This document shows positions 57,605 to 64,000 of a stretch of DNA of 64,000 nt, one piece after another. The stretch is taken from positions 1 through 64,000 of the IMG/VR virus record IMGVR_UViG_3300020477_000990; one strand, 5' to 3'. The notes under the pieces were generated by a model, which had not been told where the DNA came from, ran no database searches, and was given only the letters and a program-made list of their open reading frames with translations. Both the position numbers and the translations under genes were made by a program. How positions within the stretch are numbered: the first letter of the stretch is position 1; each line of letters begins with the position of its first letter.

Positions 57605-58855
57605 ATGACTTTTAAAACAACAACAAAATCAAAGATTAATAAGAAGCCAAAAATAGTGGCACAAACAGATGATGAAATTCGTGAAAGAATTGTACAAAGT
57701 AGAGTAAGACTTCTTTTAAAACATCCATTCTTTGGTAATCTAGCAACAAGATTGAAACTTAAAAACGCAGATGATTTTTGTCCTACCGCGGCAACTGATG
57801 GTAGACATTTTTATTATAATAGAGAATTTATTACTCCGTTAACACCTGAAGAATTAGACTTTCTTGTAGGCCATGAAGTGATGCATTGTGTTTATGATCA
57901 TATGGAAAGAAGAGAAGGAAGAAATCCTCAAATTTGGAATATGGCAACGGACTATGTGATAAATGGTCAGCTTGTTCGTGAAGGTCTTGGTAAAATGCCA
58001 AAACAAGGATTGCACGATTCAAAATATTATGATAAAAATTCAGATGAAGTATATCAAGATTTAGAGAAAAATGCAGTAGAAATTAAAGTTACTTTAGATA
58101 TGCATATGGATGGTGAAGGTCAACAAGGTAAAGGTGATCAACAAAATCCTGGAGACAAAGATGGTGAAGGTAAAGAAAAAATGCCAGTTATGTCTAAAGA
58201 AGAAAAAGAAAAATTAAAAGACGAAGTTAAAAATGCAGTATTACAAGCGGCACAGGCGGCAGGTGCTGGTAATGTTCCAAAAGGTGTTGAAAGACTTATT
58301 AAAAATATTACAGAACCTAAAATGGATTGGCGTTCGTTATTAGATCAGCATATTACATCAGTTGTAAAATCAGACTATTCATTTATGAGACCTTCAAGAA
58401 AAGGTTGGTCAGTAGATGCAGTATTACCTGGATTACAACCAGAACCAGCAGTAGATGTATGTGTTGCAATTGATACTTCAGGTTCTATTAGTGATAAGCA
58501 GTTGCAAACATTTTTAGCTGAAGTAAAAGGTATTATGGATTCATTCCAAGATTATAAAATACATATATGGAGTTTTGATACAGATGTTCATAATCCAGAA
58601 GTGTTTACACCAGATAAAGATATTACAGATTATAAGCCTGGTGGCTTTGGTGGTACAGAATTTACTGCCAATTGGGAATGGATGAAAGAAGAAGGTATAC
58701 AGCCTAAAAAATTAATTGTATTTACAGATGGTTATCCTTGGGGTTCATGGGGTGATGAAAACTATTGTGATACACTTTGGGTAATTCATTCTAATCACGA
58801 TAAAGATTTAGAAGCACCTTTTGGTGTAACTTGTCATTATGATGAGGTTGCTTAA
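57605..58855 (+). CDS. Metallopeptidase-like (HExxH) + VWA protein, DUF2201-type MoxR partner
   Basis: TAATDG, HEVMH, IDTSGS MIDAS, GGT.F, FTDG. Confidence 0.88.
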   Translation: MTFKTTTKSKINKKPKIVAQTDDEIRERIVQSRVRLLLKHPFFGNLATRLKLKNADDFCPTAATDGRHFYYNREFITPLTPEELDFLVGHEVMHCVYDHMERREGRNPQIWNMATDYVINGQLVREGLGKMPKQGLHDSKYYDKNSDEVYQDLEKNAVEIKVTLDMHMDGEGQQGKGDQQNPGDKDGEGKEKMPVMSKEEKEKLKDEVKNAVLQAAQAAGAGNVPKGVERLIKNITEPKMDWRSLLDQHITSVVKSDYSFMRPSRKGWSVDAVLPGLQPEPAVDVCVAIDTSGSISDKQLQTFLAEVKGIMDSFQDYKIHIWSFDTDVHNPEVFTPDKDITDYKPGGFGGTEFTANWEWMKEEGIQPKKLIVFTDGYPWGSWGDENYCDTLWVIHSNHDKDLEAPFGVTCHYDEVA

Positions 58856-58953
58856 TGCTTTGGTTTTTATTATTTCTTTTACTATCAATTTATGCATTTG
58901 GATTTAAAAATGTTTTAAGGGTTAGTTTACTAACCTTTGCTATGCTATTTGTA

Positions 58954-59178
58954 TTAGTTGTTTTTCTTGGAGTTATGGCATAACCTATCATCTAGGTGCT
59001 CACTAATTTTTTTAACTAGTTTAGAACTAGTATTTTCAAATATAAAAGGAAAGAAGGCATGAATAAATGTCATCATGCATAAAAGTAAAAATTTTATGCT
59101 ATATGATAATGAATGTATCATATGAGTGAAGTATGATTCACCGACACTATTAGGATGTTTCATAAATAGGTTTTTCAT
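58954..59178 (-). CDS. Small protein (DUF6356-like)
   Basis: F.KHPNSVGESYF.H...IHAFFPF.F...SS. Confidence 0.7.
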   Translation of the reverse strand: MKNLFMKHPNSVGESYFTHMIHSLSYSIKFLLLCMMTFIHAFFPFIFENTSSKLVKKISEHLDDRLCHNSKKNN

Positions 59179-59182
59179 TTTA

Positions 59183-59707
59183 CTACTCTATATTAGAATA
59201 GTCTACTGTAGAAGTATAATCGCGACACATTTGAGATTTTTCAAGTAGACCTTTAACAACATTAGCTATCATGGCAGGGTTTTCTTTGCCTTGTGCTAAC
59301 ACTAAACCTATAGACTGTTGAGTCTGGACCTGGTTACGTCTCATTTGTTCTATTAATCCTGGTAAAGGAAAATTGTAATCTTTTATTAATTTTTTAATAA
59401 CCATTTGAGATTTACTTTCAAACATTTGCCTTTGTGCTTTAATATTTGCAAGTAGTTCTTGCATACGTTGTAAATATTCTGTTGGGTAGCCTAAATTTGA
59501 ACCTACACCATAATTAACAGCCACTAACATCATTAAGTTATCATGGATTGCTCCACAGACAGTATATTCTCTAAAGTCACTTGCTATTGCTTGATATGTT
59601 GCATCGTTTGTATAGTCATGATTTTCATCTGGGTAAGTAACTGCTTGAACTGATGTTGTTAAACAGAATAGTATTACAAAAATAAAACCGACAATGCTCT
59701 TTCTCAT
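59183..59707 (-). CDS. Secreted hypothetical protein
   Basis: Signal peptide ending VQA; 174 aa. Confidence 0.7.
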   Translation of the reverse strand: MRKSIVGFIFVILFCLTTSVQAVTYPDENHDYTNDATYQAIASDFREYTVCGAIHDNLMMLVAVNYGVGSNLGYPTEYLQRMQELLANIKAQRQMFESKSQMVIKKLIKDYNFPLPGLIEQMRRNQVQTQQSIGLVLAQGKENPAMIANVVKGLLEKSQMCRDYTSTVDYSNIE

Positions 59708-59785
59708 AATAATATTTAACTATATATTTTTCTATAATAACATACTGGTTAACTTGTAGTTTAGTTTAAGATAAATATTTTTGAA

Positions 59786-60322
59786 ATGAGTTCCACCTTA
59801 ATATTAAATTCAACTGGTTCCCCTTTAAGTTTACTTCCTATTAGTGCGGTTAATTGGCATTTATCAATTAAATTACTTGTTTTAGATAAGTTTAAGGTAT
59901 TAGATGAATATGAAGATTGGATTATCCACAGCCCATCAATGGAAATGAAAGTTCCAGCGGTAATGATAGCAAAAAGATATTTAAATTTAACAAGATATCC
60001 AAAGTTTTCGCGGGGTAATGTATATCTAAGAGATTTATTCACTTGTCAGTATTGTGGTTGTGAGCATGGCTGGAATGATTTAACATTAGATCATGTACTT
60101 CCAAGAGCAAAAGGAGGCAGGTCAGCTTGGGAAAACATTGTGACTGCCTGTCATGATTGTAATGTATCAAAAGGTGATGATAAGTTATCTCCAATGAAAG
60201 ATCCATATAAGCCACATTATTGGGAATTGGCCAATAAAAGAGCCAGGTATCCTGTTAAAGTTGGCCATCATAGTTGGGTAAAATATCTAAAATGGAATGA
60301 AAATCTTATTAATGTTGCATAA
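59786..60322 (+). CDS. HNH endonuclease
   Basis: RD.FTCQYCG, LTLDHVLPRAKGG..WENIVTAC..CN. Confidence 0.9.
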   Translation: MSSTLILNSTGSPLSLLPISAVNWHLSIKLLVLDKFKVLDEYEDWIIHSPSMEMKVPAVMIAKRYLNLTRYPKFSRGNVYLRDLFTCQYCGCEHGWNDLTLDHVLPRAKGGRSAWENIVTACHDCNVSKGDDKLSPMKDPYKPHYWELANKRARYPVKVGHHSWVKYLKWNENLINVA

Positions 60323-60330
60323 AATAAAGG

Positions 60331-60360
60331 TTGACAATAAATATTAAAGTATACTATAAT
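60331..60360 (+). promoter_or_regulatory. Sigma70-type promoter
   Basis: TTGACA-N18-TATAAT. Confidence 0.65.
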
Positions 60361-60382
60361 AGAACAATAAGGAGTAAAAAAT

Positions 60383-60718
60383 ATGGCCGATACTCAAGAA
60401 GTAAAAAAACAAGAAGCAGTAGCACCTAGCCCAGATCAGGCAGTTGCTCCTCAATTAACAATTGCAGACTTAACACAATTGTTGAATATAATTGATGCCG
60501 CTTCTTCAAGAGGAGCCTTCAGAGCCAATGAACTTACTAACGTTGGTAGTGTAGTTGATAAACTTTCTAAGTTTTTACAATACGTTACAGACCAACAAAA
60601 AGCAGAAGCTGAAGCGAAAGCTAAAGCAGAAGGCGGATCAGTTGACGCAGGAACCGTAAGTGGTACTGATGCATCAGCTGGAAGTGGTTCAGGTGAATCT
60701 GAAGCTTCGAAAAAATAA
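60383..60718 (+). CDS. Phage hypothetical protein
   Basis: AAGGAG RBS; IID.ASSRGAFRANEL. Confidence 0.8.
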   Translation: MADTQEVKKQEAVAPSPDQAVAPQLTIADLTQLLNIIDAASSRGAFRANELTNVGSVVDKLSKFLQYVTDQQKAEAEAKAKAEGGSVDAGTVSGTDASAGSGSGESEASKK

Positions 60719-60750
60719 ATGAATAATAATTGCAATTAAGGAGAAACATC

Positions 60751-61377
60751 ATGACTGACATGATTAAACATACAGGTAGGATAGACTCAACTAACAGACG
60801 TGTTATTGTTGTATTTCCACAAATTCCTGAAGATCAAGAAAATTGTCTTGTAGTTGATGTTGATTCATTACCAGAGAAATATCACGATGGTTTAATGAAA
60901 ATAGTTGAATCAGCAGAATCGCAAGAATCAAATCAGTTGTATGAAGTATTAGGAAGAAATTTATTTTGGGATGGTAAAAATTGTTTGTCAACTTTGCACG
61001 AACAAGGTTTTTTAAGACGTGTTCCTGTTAATACAGTTACATTATTACCAAGACCAGATCAGTCTCTTCCATTAAAAGACTTTAATGCATACCAAAGTAT
61101 GGTAGCTGAAACAAAAACAACACCAGCAGAACCTACTGATGCTCAAACTACACGAGCTGGGGATATTACAAATCCAGCAGATGAAACTGACAGCGAAGGT
61201 ATAGCAAGAAATCTTTTAGTGCAGGCAGAATTACTTGAAAATGAAGCACGTCAAAAACGTGCAGAAGCAGAACAAGTGTCACCTGGTATACAGGTTAAAT
61301 TAGGTAAAGTTACTACCGTTGTTACAAAACGTGGTAGAGGAAGACCTAAAAAAGCCGAAGCTACAACGACTGCGTAA
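60751..61377 (+). CDS. Phage hypothetical protein with C-terminal AT-hook-like RGRGRPKK
   Basis: AAGGAG RBS; basic tail. Confidence 0.75.
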   Translation: MTDMIKHTGRIDSTNRRVIVVFPQIPEDQENCLVVDVDSLPEKYHDGLMKIVESAESQESNQLYEVLGRNLFWDGKNCLSTLHEQGFLRRVPVNTVTLLPRPDQSLPLKDFNAYQSMVAETKTTPAEPTDAQTTRAGDITNPADETDSEGIARNLLVQAELLENEARQKRAEAEQVSPGIQVKLGKVTTVVTKRGRGRPKKAEATTTA

Positions 61378-61393
61378 TTAATAATTATTAATT

Positions 61394-61439
61394 AATCTGC
61401 CTATGTTTTATGATAAATATTACGTAGGCAGATTTTTTT
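61394..61439 (+). terminator. Terminator-like hairpin containing a late promoter
   Basis: AATCTGCCTATGT/ACGTAGGCAGATT plus T-run; GATAAATA (61412-61419) in loop. Confidence 0.7.
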
Positions 61440-61790
61440 ATGACAGAAGAGCAAAATTCAAATAGAAAATTTTTACCATCTAAAGAATCGGGAGATCACG
61501 ATCATGCGGAATTTAATAAAATAATGCATGAAATTGCTCCAAAAGAAATTCCAGCTAAATTTGTTGATATGATTAAAATTATCCGTAAAGATGGAACTGT
61601 TACTAATATGACAAGAGATGATATTGTTAATACTGTTCCTCTTGCAGGTCCAGTTGATTGGGAAAGCATAGCTGGTAATTATCATGATATCCGCGATATG
61701 GAAATTTATATAGATATGGATGCCTTAGAATATACAGTTCATAAAAATGTTCATCGAATGCTTGGTAAATTCTTTAAAAAAAGCAATTAA
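61440..61790 (+). CDS. Hypothetical protein
   Basis: ORF. Confidence 0.7.
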   Translation: MTEEQNSNRKFLPSKESGDHDHAEFNKIMHEIAPKEIPAKFVDMIKIIRKDGTVTNMTRDDIVNTVPLAGPVDWESIAGNYHDIRDMEIYIDMDALEYTVHKNVHRMLGKFFKKSN

Positions 61791-61821
61791 TTGACAATCT
61801 TATTAAAATATGTTATAAATA
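61791..61821 (+). promoter_or_regulatory. Overlapping early and late promoter
   Basis: TTGACA-N17-TATAAA; the -10 also reads TATAAATA. Confidence 0.7.
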
Positions 61822-61866
61822 CTAATACAAATTACCGTATTAAACAATAGGGGTTGGGGTAATATT

Positions 61867-62418
61867 ATGATAAAAACTATTTTAGCATTTCTTTATATTT
61901 CAGGCATTCTTGCCTTGGGAAGATTAATTCCACATCCACCAAACTTAACACCAATATTAGCCGCGGCTATTTTCGCTCCATACATTATTAATGATCGTTG
62001 GACAGCAATTGCAATTCCTTTAATGGCGATGTTTATTGCAGATTTAGTTATAGGGTTTCATCCATATATGTTATGGGTCTATGGTGCAATAGGTTTATCA
62101 ACTTTAATTAGTAAATGGTCAATGCAATTTAATAAAAAGTATATTCAATTAGGAGCAATGACAATAGTATCTTCTGTATTATTTTTTATAATAACAAATT
62201 TTGCAGTATGGACTATGTGGGATTACTATCCAAAAACATTAGATGGTTTAATAATGTGTTATACAATGGCAATACCATTTTTTCAAAATACATTATTAGG
62301 AACTATAATATATACAGCTCTAATGGCATCTTTAACTGTAGCATTAACTCGACCTTTTGAAAATACCTATGTACTGGTAATAAGCAAAGGAAGAGATTAT
62401 GTTAACAAACATTTTTAA
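61867..62418 (+). CDS. BtuM-like (DUF6580) ECF S-component membrane transporter
   Basis: RLIPHPPNLTPI, SSVLFFIITNFAVW, YP.T..GL..CY..AIPFF.N; ~6 TM. Confidence 0.78.
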   Translation: MIKTILAFLYISGILALGRLIPHPPNLTPILAAAIFAPYIINDRWTAIAIPLMAMFIADLVIGFHPYMLWVYGAIGLSTLISKWSMQFNKKYIQLGAMTIVSSVLFFIITNFAVWTMWDYYPKTLDGLIMCYTMAIPFFQNTLLGTIIYTALMASLTVALTRPFENTYVLVISKGRDYVNKHF

Positions 62419-64000
62419 GTTAATAATAATATTTTTTATTTTTTTAGGAACAGCAAAAGCAAACGAATGCTATTGGGAAGAAATGAAAGACGAAACAATC
62501 GTTTGTGATTCGTTAGTTATTAATATACCAATATTTTTTACACAAACACCTTCACATAGAAGTAATGAAATACATAATAACGAATACATATTTCCAGACA
62601 ACGAAAGTATTCTAACAGATGCATTAAATGATGTAGCAAATTTTAATGCAGTACGTTCTGGATCAAAAGGACAACAAACATCGTTGTTTACTAGAGGAAC
62701 AAATTCAAATCATACATTAGTAACAATAAACGGATCAGCAATTACAGATCACTCAACAACTAATGGAGCAACAGATCTTAACAATGTAAATATAAATTTT
62801 GCAGATGGTATACATTTGTATACAGGTCCTATGAGTACTATATATGGACCTAATGCAATAGGTGGTGTAGTTGATATTAAAACAAGTGATGTTAAAGAAA
62901 ATGAAGTAGTAGTTACTTATGGATCTAACAATACCAAACAAACACATATTACAATTAGTGAAGGACTTACAAACTTTGGAATAAATTTTGAAGAATCAGA
63001 TGGTATATCAGTTTATCCAAAAGGTGATGAAAAAGATGGATACAACATACTTGGATTTAACTTTGGGCATTTAACAAAAATTGATAATACAGAAATTAAA
63101 ATAACAGGAATAACAAATAATACAGAATCAGATTTAGATGCCTCGGGTGCAGATGATTTAGACTATACAGCAGATACTAAATTCCATTTTGGACAAATAC
63201 AAACGTCTACAGAATTTGATGATGGAATTCTTAAATCAGTTTTAGATGCTACCTATTGGGATAGAGAATATGTAAATGGAACTGAACTTGATGAATATGA
63301 TTCTTCAGCTATACATTCAGCAACTGATTGGATAACACACACAGACAAAGTATCAACTAAAACTGGAATAGATACTGTTTGGTATAGTGCAGAATTTAAC
63401 AACAGAGGATCTTATAATTCTTCTGTAGATAAAGAAGCAAATACAACTGGAATATATCATAACTTTGATTATGTAACTGATTTAGATATAGTAGTGTCAG
63501 GTGGTTTACGTTATGATTATAATTCAATAGTAGAAGGGCAATCAACATACAGGGTTGGTACAGCATACAAAGGACTTTACTTTAGTAGGTCAACAGGGTA
63601 TAGAGCACCAACACTATATGAATTATATGGTGCAGACAATTACGGGTATAGTGGTAATGAAAATTTAAAAGCAGAAACTTCTGTAACAAATGAAGTAGGA
63701 TATAAATTTGGTAACCAAACGGTAAATGGTAATATTAGTGTTTACTCTACAAAAATAGAAGATATGATTACATACGGAAATTCTACTTATAGTAATGACA
63801 GTAATGGTACGTCAACAATGAAAGGTGGAGATATAAAACTTAACTACTACAAAGGAAATTATGGTTTTCATAATAGTATAGCATTTACGTCAGCACAAGA
63901 CTCAACTGATAATTGGTTAAAAAGAAGACCACATACGATTATCAATTCATCAGTTAGTTATTATAAAGATGATTTTTATATTTCTCCAAGTATAAATTAT
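62399..64000 (+). CDS. btuB: TonB-dependent receptor, BtuB-like (partial, runs off window; not in ORF track)
   Basis: Hand translation open for 534 codons: signal peptide, SGSKGQQTSLFTRGTNSNHTLV, GPMSTIYGPNAIGGVV, TGYRAPTLYELYG..GNENLKAE. Confidence 0.85.
   Translation, partial: MLTNIFKLIIIFFIFLGTAKANECYWEEMKDETIVCDSLVINIPIFFTQTPSHRSNEIHNNEYIFPDNESILTDALNDVANFNAVRSGSKGQQTSLFTRGTNSNHTLVTINGSAITDHSTTNGATDLNNVNINFADGIHLYTGPMSTIYGPNAIGGVVDIKTSDVKENEVVVTYGSNNTKQTHITISEGLTNFGINFEESDGISVYPKGDEKDGYNILGFNFGHLTKIDNTEIKITGITNNTESDLDASGADDLDYTADTKFHFGQIQTSTEFDDGILKSVLDATYWDREYVNGTELDEYDSSAIHSATDWITHTDKVSTKTGIDTVWYSAEFNNRGSYNSSVDKEANTTGIYHNFDYVTDLDIVVSGGLRYDYNSIVEGQSTYRVGTAYKGLYFSRSTGYRAPTLYELYGADNYGYSGNENLKAETSVTNEVGYKFGNQTVNGNISVYSTKIEDMITYGNSTYSNDSNGTSTMKGGDIKLNYYKGNYGFHNSIAFTSAQDSTDNWLKRRPHTIINSSVSYYKDDFYISPSINY

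Noticed and set aside
61822-61866. Cobalamin riboswitch before btuM/btuB
   Set aside because: Leader only ~45 nt with no B12 box
1-64000. Bacterial chromosome interpretation (many host-like genes)
   Set aside because: Single-strand packing, PolB/RFC/RNase H, TATAAATA promoters, fibre genes and lack of host operon context indicate a large phage
1-64000. Stop-codon reassignment or suppressor tRNA
   Set aside because: Conserved genes are full length in the standard code; TAA, TAG and TGA all end genes; tRNA-Trp has the normal CCA anticodon

Overview
An AT-rich, gene-dense segment of a large T4-superfamily-like (probably jumbo) dsDNA phage, coded almost entirely on the + strand. The host is probably a marine alphaproteobacterium such as SAR11 (inferred from low GC and host-like genes: hfq, infA, zf-CHCC, DUF6552/DUF6356-like, btuB). 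Core phage genes: family B DNA polymerase, RFC-type clamp loader, probable sliding clamp, RNase H-type 5'-3' exonuclease, GroES, HNH proteins, a DnaE fragment, putative spanins, an M15 peptidase and a late structural block (S8 protease, 1845-aa repeat fibre). Sigma70-type early promoters and (T/G)ATAAATA late promoters recur throughout. Accessory content: Fe-S assembly (SufS, IscA/HesB, GrxD), proteostasis and translation (DnaJ-PDF-ClpA, HtrA, PepA, IF-1, Hfq, three tRNAs), a 7-deazaguanine DNA-modification pathway (FolE, QueE, T-fold DpdL/QueD-like, TGT/DpdA-like) next to sugar-transfer genes, and a BtuM-like plus BtuB-like B12 uptake pair that the ORF track partly misses. The most unusual signals are at the RNA level: an intact tRNA-Trp inside a continuous CDS; a CCA-ended tRNA-like minihelix whose loop is antisense to the RBS of both MoxR and VWA, which share a duplicated promoter; a ~210-nt structured late ncRNA next to a face-remodelled Hfq; a small pseudoknot candidate in the folE leader; and several leaderless transcripts. 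All calls come from reading motifs by eye; no searches were run.
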